A stretch of 47,452 nt of DNA from Octopus bimaculoides (lineage: Eukaryota). Both the position numbers and the translations under genes were made by a program. A model generated the notes under the pieces. The model made no database searches. It saw only the letters and a program-made list of their open reading frames with translations, and had not been told where the DNA came from. Location of the stretch: assembly GCF_001194135.2 (NCBI RefSeq), contig NC_068987.1, positions 80,563,230-80,610,681 on the forward strand, in the 5' to 3' direction. Below are positions 13,037-24,672 of the stretch, one piece after another. Position 1 is the first letter of the stretch. Each line of letters begins with the position of its first letter.

Positions 13037-13238
13037 GTCGCCGCCGGGGTACCGTAAAGTAACCGAATACGTTCTCTGTAGTACAAGCCCTTTGTAGTTA
13101 ATTGATTTGAACTTCATGTAAAGCTACTGATGTGCACTTCAGAGATCAGTCTGCCGACCGGCGGCTTCGGCTGGAGTCCTACTATCACGTCGTGTACCTT
13201 TGTTTTACAGTGCTTCTCTCTGTTCGTCGATTTTTGCA

Positions 13239-13875
13239 ATGGCTGAAACAAAGGAACAGCGTGCTTCCGTGAATTTTTGTTTTCTGCTGGGGAAAACGGC
13301 GGCCAAAACAGTTTTCATGCTTCAAACAGCTTACAAGGCCGCTGCCATGAGTAAAACATAAGTTTACGACTGGTTTTCATGCTTTAGGAATGGCTACTTG
13401 TAGCATGAGGACCAACCACGTTCAGGGCGACCATCGACCTCCCGAACGAATGAAAACATCATGAAAATTCAAAAGCCGATCTTGGAGAAGCGTCACCGAA
13501 CAATTGACGAATTCGTTGATATGACTGGTGTGTCCTGAAGCTCCTGCCAACAAATTTTGAGCGAGGAATTGCAGCAAAATTTGTGCTTCGCTTGCTCATG
13601 GAAGATCAAAAGCAGTCACGACTGAACGGATGTCGTGAAATGAAAGAACAGTTAAAAGTTGATCTGGAGCTTTTTTCGAAGGTCATCGCTGGTGACGAAA
13701 GTTGGTGCAATGGAGTTTGTAGATGTCGAAGAGGTGAAGAAGAAAAACGATAGCAGCGTTAGTGGGCATCACTTCGCAAGAGTTCCAGTGCTGCTTCGAA
13801 CAGTGAAAAACCAGTGGAAAACCAGTCTGGACCGATGCATTGCTTCAAATGGAGAATACTTTGAAGGCGATAAAA
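13239..13875 (+). pseudogene. Internally deleted mariner transposase pseudogene (element about 13037-13920)
   Basis: MAETKEQRASVNFCFLLGKTAA...WFSCFRNG...EDQPRSGRPSTS...VIAGDESWC, then a jump at about 13708 to the C-terminal ...DRCIASNGEYFEGDK. Several stops; the region with the 2nd and 3rd catalytic D is deleted. Confidence 0.9.
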
Positions 13876-13914
13876 CTGTAAACATACAAAACTTCTTACG
13901 AAGACAAAGGTAAA

Positions 13915-14885
13915 AACATACACACATGAGTGAGTATGTATGTATGTATGCATGCATACACACACACATATATATACACGTATATATATATATATGTTAC
14001 ATATTTATTTATGCATATATATGTATGCATGTATACATATGTATATATACGAACGCACATATATACACACACACATGCACAGTGGTAGAGACACACACCT
14101 TACACAGCCCTATACACACACAGACACACACATCCATATATACGCGCACGTCTACATACACGTACATACACAGCCGCATACACATGCACACAAACAAAAT
14201 AACACACATACCTAGCACNNNNNNNNNNCACGTCTACATACACGTACATACACAGCCGCATACACATGCACACAAACAAAATAACACACATACCTAGCAC
14301 ACATCCTTACGCTCTCACACACATACGCACGCACACACACATAAACACACACATACACATGCACACACGCACACACACCTCTCACATACACAAACACATA
14401 CATACACACACGTACACGTACAAATATACACATATACACACATGCACACACGCACACACCCCTCTCATATACACAATACTCACTCACATACACAACACAC
14501 ACGCACGCACGAAAACATACACAATATACACATACACACACGCGCACACACACGCACACGGACACACACATACAGACACACATAAACACACACGCGCATA
14601 CACACACACGCACACGTACCTAACACTCACAATCCCACACACACATGCACATCCACACACATCCACGCACACACGCACACACCCACATACACATACACAC
14701 GCACACACACGTACACAGCAACGCACATATACATAACATACACATACACACAAACACACACGCACGCACAAAAACATACACACACACACACGCGCACGTA
14801 CAAAATACACACACACAAGCACACGTACCCAACACCTACAACACCACACAAACACACACACGAACACACACATACTCAAAAACTG
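13915..14885. repeat. Large cryptic (CA)/(CATA)-rich compound microsatellite
   Basis: Direct reading. It generates the H/T- and C/V-rich spurious ORFs. Confidence 0.9.
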
Positions 14886-15747
14886 NNNNNNNNNNNNNNN
14901 NNNNNNNNNNNNNNNNNNNNNNNNNNNNNNNNNNNNNNNNNNNNNNNNNNNNNNNNNNNNNNNNNNNNNNNNNNNNNNNNNNNNNNNNNNNNNNNNNNNN
15001 NNNNNNNNNNNNNNNNNNNNNNNNNNNNNNNNNNNNNNNNNNNNNNNNNNNNNNNNNNNNNNNNNNNNNNNNNNNNNNNNNNNNNNNNNNNNNNNNNNNN
15101 NNNNNNNNNNNNNNNNNNNNNNNNNNNNNNNNNNNNNNNNNNNNNNNNNNNNNNNNNNNNNNNNNNNNNNNNNNNNNNNNNNNNNNNNNNNNNNNNNNNN
15201 NNNNNNNNNNNNNNNNNNNNNNNNNNNNNNNNNNNNNNNNNNNNNNNNNNNNNNNNNNNNNNNNNNNNNNNNNNNNNNNNNNNNNNNNNNNNNNNNNNNN
15301 NNNNNNNNNNNNNNNNNNNNNNNNNNNNNNNNNNNNNNNNNNNNNNNNNNNNNNNNNNNNNNNNNNNNNNNNNNNNNNNNNNNNNNNNNNNNNNNNNNNN
15401 NNNNNNNNNNNNNNNNNNNNNNNNNNNNNNNNNNNNNNNNNNNNNNNNNNNNNNNNNNNNNNNNNNNNNNNNNNNNNNNNNNNNNNNNNNNNNNNNNNNN
15501 NNNNNNNNNNNNNNNNNNNNNNNNNNNNNNNNNNNNNNNNNNNNNNNNNNNNNNNNNNNNNNNNNNNNNNNNNNNNNNNNNNNNNNNNNNNNNNNNNNNN
15601 NNNNNNNNNNNNNNNNNNNNNNNNNNNNNNNNNNNNNNNNNNNNNTATATATGAACAAGTAGAAAGATAATTCTTATTCAACACTGAACAGTATAAATAT
15701 ACATATGCATACATGCATACATATATATGCATAAATACATATGTAAC

Positions 15748-15830
<83 letters not shown>

Positions 15831-16486
15831 TATACATGCATACACACTTATATGTGTGTATGTATGTATGTATGTATGAATGCATGTAGGTTTATAAGAC
15901 GTGCTTCTTCGCAGTTTCTGTCCATTGACTGGGTCTGAAACTGAAGCCATGAATTTATACTCACGGTTACATTTGTCCCAACTATTCGATAGTTTTAGTT
16001 TGAGATATTATTGAACTGTTAGGAATACAATTTCACAGAACTTGACATGCATGGTACTTCTGACAGGAAATAGTGCACTGCTGCATCTTTGATATTCCAA
16101 TTAAAATTTTGTCTCGGGTCTTGGGAAGTTCTTAACAGGAATTAATTTGTTCAGTGTTTATAACATAACGAATCTTGAAACAGAAGACAACCTACGTAAC
16201 ATTAGTTTGAACTTTATATTCACTGCAAACGTTGGCGTAGATAAAAAGAAAGCATAATTATAAGGCTTGCAATTGTTGATTGCAATGCTTGATAATAAAC
16301 TCCGAAGCAGGAAATTGTGTTTCTATAGAGGGAAACAAAGTTCATTGTTTGAAAAACTCTGCAAATTGAATTTCTGACGTAAGAGACTGAATTCTTTATA
16401 TAGATTATTTAATAAATGGCTCAAACTACAGCAATAATACTTGTGCCTTGCATTACTCAGTATCTGTAACGTACTAAGAACACATA

Positions 16487-17734
16487 CAGGGTTTGGACAA
16501 AATAATGGAAACACCTTAAAATTTCAAACAAATTTATTTTAATATGGGATAAGACCGCCTTTGACAGTAATTGCAGCTTAAATTCTACGAGATATGGACT
16601 TGTACAAATTTTGAATTGTTTCCAAAAGAATTTTTGTCCATTCTTCAGCTAAAAGAGTCCCCAGTTCTTGTAGTGATGGTGGTGGAGGATATCGACTCCT
16701 TACTTGTTTTTCTAAAATGCACCATAAATGTTCAAGAATATTGAGATCTGGCGACTGTGGTGGCCAGATAAGATGTTCAACTTCACTAGAATGTTCCTTG
16801 TGCCATTCAGCTGTGTGAATTGGTGCATTATCATCCTGTAAATTGCGTTTCCCTCCGAAAAAAGTTTTGCAACCATGGGATAAATTTGATCAGATAACAT
16901 GCTTAGTCTTCACTATTAATTCTGCCATGACGGGAAACCATTAGGCCGGTGGATTTCCAGGATATAGCCCCCAGATCATCACAGATCTTCCTCCATGTTT
17001 AACAATTGGAAGAAGGCAGTCTGGGTCAAATGTTTCTTTTGGCTGTCTCTACACGTATACTCGGCCGGTTGTCGAAAATAAGGTAAAGGATGACTCGCCC
17101 GAGAAAATAACATTCATCCACTGCTCTAGGGACTAATTCTGTAGGTCTTTACTCCACTCTAGACGCTTTGCAACGTTTGCTTTTGAAAGTAGTGGTTTTC
17201 TGATTGCAGCCCTCCCGTGAAATCTGGCTTTGTGCAGTTCTCGGCGGACAGTTTTTGTGGGAACTGGGTTCTCCAGGTGGTCATTAAGCTCTGCAGTAAT
17301 TTTGGGAACTGTACTATTGTGATCCTTTCTAACAATTCGTGTACGAGTCCGACGGTCCCTATCTGAAAGTTTTGGTCTTCTTCCAGAGTTTTGTTTCGAC
17401 AAGGAGGTTTTTCCCTCTTTTTCAAAGGCTGTCATTACTTTCGAGACAGAACTTCTTGATACACCAAACATTTCGGCTGTTTTCGTTACGCTAGCACCTG
17501 CCATACGATCACCAACAATTTGACCTCTTTGAAAGTCCGATAGATCTGTCATTTTAATGAATTTTAATTACCTTTTTCTAATGATATCTGAAAAGAAACA
17601 CAGCAATTTTAGCAAAACATTTTAAGCAACACAGATAATAAATAAAAAAAAACATAAAAATAAACAAGCTTTTGACGGTTTTATAGATATTTCAAAATGA
17701 TGCTAGGTGTTTCCATTATTTTGTCCAACCCCTG
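16487..17734 (-). mobile_element. Full-length Tc1-like DNA transposon (1248 bp) with about 30-bp TIRs and TA target duplication
   Basis: Left end TA|CAGGGTTTGGACAAAATAATGGAAACACCT. Right end reverse complement TA|CAGGGGTTGGACAAAATAATGGAAACACCT (1 mismatch). Confidence 0.95.
16539..17552 (-). pseudogene. Tc1 (DD34E) transposase pseudogene
   Basis: MTDLSDFQRGQIVG...GRRPKLSDRDRR...RAAIRKPLL...IFSGESSF...KHGGRSVMIWGAI...QDDNAPIH...WPPQSPDLNILEHLW...KGGLIPY*. Two TAG and one TAA stop, one frameshift, first catalytic D changed to G. Confidence 0.92.
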
Positions 17735-17899
17735 TATATATATATATATATATATATATGAACCACTCAGTCAGTCCATCCAACGAATATAGGTGATCAT
17801 GAGCAGATCTCTTCCATTGCTTTTCATCGTTAGTGTGTCATCCTATTTTCTCAAATTCGCTTCAAAATTTCCCCCGGAAGTTTGGACTTTATATGCGGG

Positions 17900-18065
17900 A
17901 GAATGTACGAAAAGAAACAACAACAGACGAGGACAGGTGGTGTAAACAACAAAAGGATGTATTAATATGACGCTCGGGAATACGGAAAGTCTTTAACGTT
18001 TCGAGCTACGCTCTTCAACAGAAAGAATAAGGAGAAAACAAGGAGAAAAACACGGAGAAAAAAAA
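17900..18065 (-). mobile_element. Penelope-like terminal-repeat fragment carrying a hammerhead-like motif
   Basis: Related to 43250-43410 (shared ctttctgttgaagagcgtagc..aaacgt.aaagacttt...cgagcgtca). The Penelope assignment is inferred from the ribozyme fold only. Confidence 0.5.
17990..18026 (-). ncRNA. Minimal type I hammerhead-like ribozyme, variant core CUGUUGA
   Basis: 5'-UCUUU CUGUUGA A GAGC GUA GCUC GAAA CG UU AAAGA-3': 5-bp stem I, 4-bp stem II, GAAA, palindromic AACGUU helix III. Confidence 0.55.
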
Positions 18066-18084
18066 TTGATTGGACTTTATATGG

Positions 18085-18290
18085 TCTGTCTTCTCCTTAC
18101 TCCTGCTACTGTCCATTTCAATGCTCTTCTAGCATACTAATAATCTGGCTACTGTATAATATGGAATCTATTCTGTTGTAAACATTTGAACCAGAATTTT
18201 ATCTGAAGATAACTTCATCTCTTTGCATACCAATCTGGAAAACCTTTAAAAGAGTCGGGAGCGCTGCTGTTCCCATTCTCACTGGTCATG
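18085..18290 (-). pseudogene. Decayed LINE (RTE-like) fragment downstream of the RT domain
   Basis: Broken minus-strand frames read RMGTAA..F.R.SRL...LSSDKI...IPYY..SQ, resembling RIG.A..AF..L.K.W....S..TK.......IP.LLY.SETW. Confidence 0.4.
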
Positions 18291-19344
18291 TGAAAAGATT
18301 TTAAAAATTTATGAATTATAGCAGTATTTCTTTCTAAGTTGAACGATAATTTTACTAAGAAGATACCAGACTAAGATTCGCTATCGCCTATGTATGTTTA
18401 GCAGCTCAGTTTACAGTCTTTTAAATTTTTTGAAAGATTTCTCTTAGCATTTGTAGAACGCAGGCAATATATGACATCTGAATCAATTTCCGGATTGCTT
18501 CCTAATACAACTAAAGATGGAGAGAAGATATCATTTAAATGATGAAGATTCAATTAAAATATAGAATGTGTCGAATGATTGCTAAATAATATTCAGATAT
18601 GTTTTTACGAAATAAATTAGTTACCTCGTTTCATGCTACAAACTGTAAAGTTTCAATGTCATACTTCTTTCGTCAATCCCTTTCTCTCCTTGTCCCTCTC
18701 CTCTCTCTCCCTCTCTCTCTCTCTCTCTACCTATATACGCACCATCTGCTTTCTCTCATTCTCCTTCTTTCTTTTTCTTTTCTCTATTTTCTTATCTTTG
18801 AATGAATTCTTGCTGTTCTCTCTTATCCATGAACAATTTCCCCAAACCCGTCCACTTCACATTTGCTCTACTTTAGATCAATTTTTCATCCCAGATGTTG
18901 ACTGCACAAACTTGGTACTATTACGTTGCTACACAATGACATGTATGGAACACAGATTACAACATATTTCATTGGGTTCGTGACAAACTTACATTATAGA
19001 TACTCGTTTGCTTTACATTAAAAAAAAATTAGTTGATCCACTTCCTTTTGAGAACATTTATCTAGTAATCGCCTATTGTTTCATCAAGTCATAATTTAAC
19101 ATATTACATAAAGAACTTAATTATTATTTCATCCTTTAACAAAATTATATTATATGGGATTTTGATTTTTTGTACATTTTCTTCAAGTTACTGTTATGTA
19201 CAAGCTATTTGTCCGACTGTTAAATTTATATACGGCCTCCGATAAAACCGTTCTAGATTTATTTATTGATTCAGAAAGGAAAAAAAAATGCACTTGAACT
19301 CGTGAAGGCTCATTTGTGTTAGAAAGAGCAACACGTAGCTGGCT

Positions 19345-19532
19345 GTTCTATATTTAAGACAGTTCTATATTTAAGAGATGAGGAATTATGTACATTATTT
19401 ACATTGTTTATATTTTACGGATATTTGTCTTCATCTTGTTTGTTGTTAACACAACGTTTCGGCTGATATACCCTCCAGCCTTCTTCAGGTGTCTTGGAGA
19501 AATTTCGAACCTGGGTTCTCATTCGTAAGGTA
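19345..19532 (-). mobile_element. Penelope-like terminal-repeat fragment carrying a hammerhead ribozyme
   Basis: Contains the fold at 19448-19493 and an 18-bp tandem duplication (gttctatatttaaga) at its edge. The Penelope assignment is inferred. Confidence 0.55.
19448..19493 (-). ncRNA. Minimal type I hammerhead ribozyme
   Basis: 5'-GACAC CUGAAGA A GGCUG GAGGGUAUAU CAGCC GAAA CG UU GUGUU-3': CUGANGA and GAAA core, 5-6-bp stem II, stem I GACAC/GUGUU, palindromic helix III, predicted GUU cleavage triplet. Confidence 0.75.
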
Positions 19533-20084
19533 ATTATCTTGCTCGATCAAATTTAGAACCGTTAGCATGGTGGGTGAGGGGTTTGTATTCTTTCTGCTAA
19601 GTTAGTGTCTTTGTCATCGGCTTTTCTTTCCAAGTGCATCGTTTCTCTGTTGAGCTTTCTGTTAGTCATAAATCTTCTTTATTCCAGTAGTTTCTTTCCT
19701 CAAACTGCTGCTTTCCATCAATACTGTTGTCCTTTTATTTTGTGGACTATGATATTCAGTCCTTTAAGCTTTCAGTCAATCGACATCATTTTAATCTGTA
19801 TATCCTTTCTTTTCCTTCTTAGTAGACCCTTGCGCTACAGTGACCTCAAGCCTCGTTTTGAACAAAATCGTTAACTCGATATACACAGCGTTGCTAATTT
19901 CTCGCTACCCCAAAGCCAAAATGCTTTTAAAACGAAACAACATATGCTTTTTTATAATTCTCATGTAATAACAGTCATTTCTTCACCATGGTGAATGAGC
20001 GGGTAAACACTAAAGATTAGTTTATGCTATGTATATTAGACAAAGCTATCCGAGGGAACTTTCACTTTACCTATTAGCTTTTAG

Positions 20085-20245
20085 TTATTTCATTGCATGG
20101 TGGCCATGCCGGTGCACCACCTAAGGATGTAGTCGAACAAATCGACATCAATACATCCGTGTTCTAACGGTCCCTTTTGCCGAACAACTAGGTAACGAGG
20201 AAATAAACAAAACAACACCAGTTATCAAGCGATGTGTCGGGGGCT
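20085..20245 (-). mobile_element. Diverged SINE family A 3' half
   Basis: gtggccatgccggtgcaccacc...gtcgaacaaatcgac...cttttgccgaacaactag...tatcaagcgatg. Confidence 0.65.
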
Positions 20246-20510
20246 GTTTCAAGCAAAAATGAACACATACAAATATATATGTATATATATATATATCGTT
20301 GTGGTCGTCTGTCTGCCGTATGTCGACGTTGTTCGCAGGTTTGCATGTGGGCTACAAAGCCTGCACTTGATCTGCAGCAGCAGCAATATATATATATATA
20401 TATATATATANNNNNNNNNNNNNNNNNNNNNNNNNNNNNNNNNNNNNNNNNNNNNNNNNNNNNNNNNNNNNNNNNNNNNNNNNNNNNNNNNNNNNNNNNN
20501 NNNNNNNNNN

Positions 20511-20515
20511 TATAT

Positions 20516-20582
<67 letters not shown>

Positions 20583-20725
20583 CATACATCCATACATACA
20601 CACACACATATTTATATACTCTTTTATTGTCTCAGTCGTTTGATTGGGGCCATGCTGGAGCACCGCCTACAGTCGACTGTAGGCGGTGCTCCAGCAGATA
20701 GATAGATCGAGATAAATAGATAGGT

Positions 20726-20779
<54 letters not shown>

Positions 20780-20800
20780 GGATGGATAGATAGATAGACA
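20511..20800. repeat. Two (GATA)n tracts flanking a SINE A 3' end folded into a 44-bp perfect palindrome (20653-20696)
   Basis: tgctggagcaccgcctacagtc|gactgtaggcggtgctccagca. Confidence 0.85.
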
Positions 20801-20829
20801 CACACACATATATATATAAACGCATGCAT

Positions 20830-21035
20830 GTGTGTGTCTTTGTATTTGTCACCTCAACACTTGACAACCACTGTTGGTTTGTTTACGTCCCCTTAGTCGT
20901 TCAGCAAAATAGAACGCTAGAAAATAAGCACCATACTTTACAAACTGTATAAGTACAAGGGCTGGGTTGTTCAGATAAATCTTTTCAATGCAGTGCCCCA
21001 GCAGGGCTGCAGTCCAATGACTGAAACAAGAAAAA
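20830..21035 (+). mobile_element. Diverged SINE family A 3' half
   Basis: tttgtcacctcaacacttgacaacc...tttacgtcccc...gctgcagtccaatgactgaaacaag. Confidence 0.7.
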
Positions 21036-21729
21036 CTAAGTCTAAAATAAAGTTCGATAAAATAACACTGTATAAGATCCCCGTATGTAATATAGTCAAA
21101 TATACCCATTCATTCTATTCTTATAAAACGAACTGAAGTTGACATTTAAACACTCGTCAATGTTATAATGCTCTCGAACTATGTTGTACTATCTGTCTAC
21201 AGGTAGGTGAAATTTCCCTAAGAAGAACAAATAAAACCGAAACATGACCGTAGATGTCTCCAATACTTGCCGAAATTATTCAGATAATACTAGATATTAA
21301 GGTGATACCGTTTTGTTTTCTTCTCCTTTCCTCTCTGCAAAAGTATTTCTAAATGAACTATTTAATTTCATTATATTCAGTTCTTTATTTTATCTAATAC
21401 CTTACTTTAACTATTGTTGAATATTAACGTTCTTGGTGACAATCAAGGTGCAAATCATCAAGGAAAGTTTTCTAAAAGACTAACACTCACATTCCTAATC
21501 CAACCCTGTTCAGCTGTTGTAATTCTGCCGAAGGTGTTACTCCTTTTCAATGAAAAAGGGTATATAGACTGATCTATGTATCGACGGTTCATGATGCCTG
21601 ATGAGACGGCAAATAAAAGCGCATATTAATAAATAAAAATTATGCAATATTGCACTGTTATGTTATACATCGCGTGCAAATAAGTTACCATACTATTGGA
21701 ATTATTATTTTATTATTTTTTTTTTAAAT

Positions 21730-21991
21730 TTTATATAGAAAGGATTGAGGTAACTCCTCCTGAAGATATAGAGTCAAAATTAAAAGAAGAGTGCCATTTG
21801 CTATCTCGTGAACAATATTGTGACTCTATATCTTCAGGAGGAGTTACCTCAATCCTTTCTATATAAACGAAAATGAAGTAGATTGACAAATTTATTTTTT
21901 GAACCAGTGGAAGACACGCAAGATGTCGAAATATTGTTCACGAGATAGCAAATGGCACTCTTCTTTTAATTTTGACTCTATATCTTCAGGA
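21730..21991. repeat. 152-bp-period repeat with an inverted terminal segment, running into a gap
   Basis: tgactctatatcttcagga occurs at 21821 and 21973. 21730-21776 is the reverse complement of 21821-21867, and 21758-21819 is the reverse complement of 21930-21991. Confidence 0.85.
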
Positions 21992-22692
21992 NNNNNNNNN
22001 NNNNNNNNNNNNNNNNNNNNNNNNNNNNNNNNNNNNNNNNNNNNNNNNNNNNNNNNNNNNNNNNNNNNNNNNNNNNNNNNNNNNNNNNNNNNNNNNNNNN
22101 NNNNNNNNNNNNNNNNNNNNNNNNNNNNNNNNNNNNNNNNNNNNNNNNNNNNNNNNNNNNNNNNNNNNNNNNNNNNNNNNNNNNNNNNNNNNNNNNNNNN
22201 NNNNNNNNNNNNNNNNNNNNNNNNNNNNNNNNNNNNNNNNNNNNNNNNNNNNNNNNNNNNNNNNNNNNNNNNNNNNNNNNNNNNNNNNNNNNNNNNNNNN
22301 NNNNNNNNNNNNNNNNNNNNNNNNNNNNNNNNNNNNNNNNNNNNNNNNNNNNNNNNNNNNNNNNNNNNNNNNNNNNNNNNNNNNNNNNNNNNNNNNNNNN
22401 NNNNNNNNNNNNNNNNNNNNNNNNNNNNNNNNNNNNNNNNNNNNNNNNNNNNNNNNNNNNNNNNNNNNNNNNNNNNNNNNNNNNNNNNNNNNNNNNNNNN
22501 NNNNNNNNNNNNNNNNNNNNNNNNNNNNNNNNNNNNNNNNNNNNNNNNNNNNNNNNNNNNNNNNNNNNNNNNNNNNNNNNNNNNNNNNNNNNNNNNNNNN
22601 NNNNNNNNNNNNNNNNNNNNNNNNNNNNNNNNNNNNNNNNNNNNNNNNNNNNNNNNNNNNNNNNNNNNNNNNNNNNNNNNTGTGTGTGTGTG

Positions 22693-22749
<57 letters not shown>

Positions 22750-23138
22750 ATGGATTGATGAAGTGCGTGTATGTATATGATACCATACAAAGGTGTAAGT
22801 GACTATGTTGTAATTGTACGAGGAAGCTTTTAGACACTTTTTAGTATACAATATTTTGGGTAAATAAACCATCGATGAATATAACAATAAGTGCGTTTGC
22901 TGAATAGTTTGAATCAATTTTACCCCGATATATTTATTTCAGTTCCAGCGACAAAATCTCTGATTGAGTAATTTTTGCAAACCATATATATATAAAAGTC
23001 ATTACATTTATTACGTCAAGTGAAACTTTAAGCAGTTCTCTTGTGACTATCGCTCACTGGGCAGAAAAACTTGTTATGTAGAGGTGGATAAAAAAATAAA
23101 CGATATAATGTACATATATACTTACTCATTTTGTATGA

Positions 23139-23221
23139 ATTATTATTATTATTATTATCATCATCATCATCATCATCAACATCATCATCATTATCATCAT
23201 CATCATCATCATCATCATCAT
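23139..23221. repeat. (TAT)n/(CAT)n microsatellite at the 3' end of the RLE LINE
   Basis: Direct reading. Confidence 0.9.
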
Positions 23222-23231
23222 TGTTTTTATT

Positions 23232-24372
23232 ATATGAAACCTCATAGCTTATTTTGCTGGGTATGATGGAAAGTATCAGCTGTCAACAACCATCAGACTA
23301 AAGTGACACTAGTTTCCTGTCTTGTTGGAAGTTGAGAGTTGATACTTCCAAGTGCACCAGTTTCTATTGGTATCACGTCTACTCTCTTCATTGCCCACAA
23401 CTTTCGTATTTTCTACTTCAAATCGTCATGGTTGTTTATTTTTTCTTCTTCTTTCACATTGATCCTGTTGTCACCGGGGCATGCTATGTCGATTATCATA
23501 CATGTTCTTTTTTTATTCACTACAACAATGTCCGGTTTCCGATGTCTGATCGGGTGATCGCACTGGATCATTGCTTCCCACAGGATTTTGCATTTTTCAT
23601 TTTCGGTGACTCCCTCTGGAGTTTTCTCATACTACGCCTTTACTCTTCGTAGGCCGTGATTTCCACAGAGCTCCCAATGGATCATTCTTGCCACATTGTC
23701 ATGGCGTCTTTTGTATTCGTCTTGTGCCAATTTCGGGCATTCGCTAACTTACCGTTTCACCACACATTCTGCGTTTGTCGCTATCGGTAGTGTTGTCTAT
23801 TCTGCACTTCATATAGTTGGTACTTAACGCTTGTTCCTGACTTTCTATCTCTATCTTCAGGTCACTCCTCATCATCCGTGGTCACCGGTCCTCTGTATCT
23901 GTCTAGGCCTTCACATCTCCTGCAAACTGACCGTACATTTTCTTTTCCTTCCATTCTTTTTCTCTTTTGTTTTTTTGTTTTTTTATTTGTCCATTTCTTG
24001 TTTAAATTTTTCCTTCAGTCCACAACTTTCAGTTTTGATGACGCCAGCCTTCTTCGTTTGGTTCAACAGTAGCTTCACGGCATATTTTATATACCACCCT
24101 AAGCTCTTTTCCTCTGCTTCAATACGGTCCTAGCAACCGATCAAATCACTCCTATCCTTTCTTCTGGACAAGTACAGCCTATAGTTGTCACTCTTAGGAT
24201 GGAAGGCTCCGTGTACTGTCGGCATTTTTCTAGTCTTGGTATCCATTTTCTTCATTTCTCTCCTTTGCCATTTTACAATTCCCGCTCCATACCGAAGTGA
24301 TGCCATCGCCCACGCATTAACTGCTTGGATTTTATTCCATCCAATCCATTTTGAGCGCAACACCAACCTTGT
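23232..24372 (-). mobile_element. 5'-truncated R4/Dong-like non-LTR retrotransposon (post-RT region, zinc knuckle, restriction-like endonuclease)
   Basis: NKIQAVNAWAMASLRYGAGIVKW...HGAFHPKSDNYRLYLSRR; RMCGET..SECPKLAQDEYKRRHDNVARMIHWELC; RKPDIVVVNKKRTCMIIDIACPGDNRINVKEEEK...VIPIETGALG. Disrupted by stops and indels. Confidence 0.88.
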
Positions 24373-24672
24373 AATTATTATTATTATTGAGAGAGCAACA
24401 CATGTCATCAAAGAAGCCCAGTATACCCAACATGATTACCCGTCTGATAAGGGTACACTAGGCACATGCATCACAACCATATGTGCGTGACATGGTGATC
24501 TCATATCACGATAAACAGCGCATGACCTTGCAGGTCGGGCTCAGTTAAAATTTTCTTCAGGTCGAGTACTCCATCCCACTCAAATGATGCTTGAATAAGG
24601 TTTGTTTAAGGACAATGAACGGAACACCCATGTTTCCAGGAGTGAACTATTCAAACCCCAAAGAATTCCTCT

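Noticed and set aside
14148-14300. Exact duplication of about 70 bp on either side of a 10-N gap
   Set aside because: Typical contig-overlap artefact at a scaffold join.
13896-15950. Many long ORFs rich in H/T, C/V or Y/I, and X-filled ORFs here and at 21.9-22.9, 25-26.3, 29.9-30.4 and 36.1-36.9 kb
   Set aside because: They are translations of (CA)n/(TA)n microsatellites and N gaps, not genes.
17050-17140. Both Tc1 TAG stops sit at conserved Trp positions, so A-to-I editing (UAG to UIG) might restore the protein
   Set aside because: The gene also has a TAA stop, a frameshift before QDDNAP and a catalytic D-to-G change. Editing cannot rescue it.
19600-19870. Possible second R4-like LINE relic (SSSLRKETTG on the minus strand)
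   Set aside because: Only one short motif in multiply broken frames; too weak to call.
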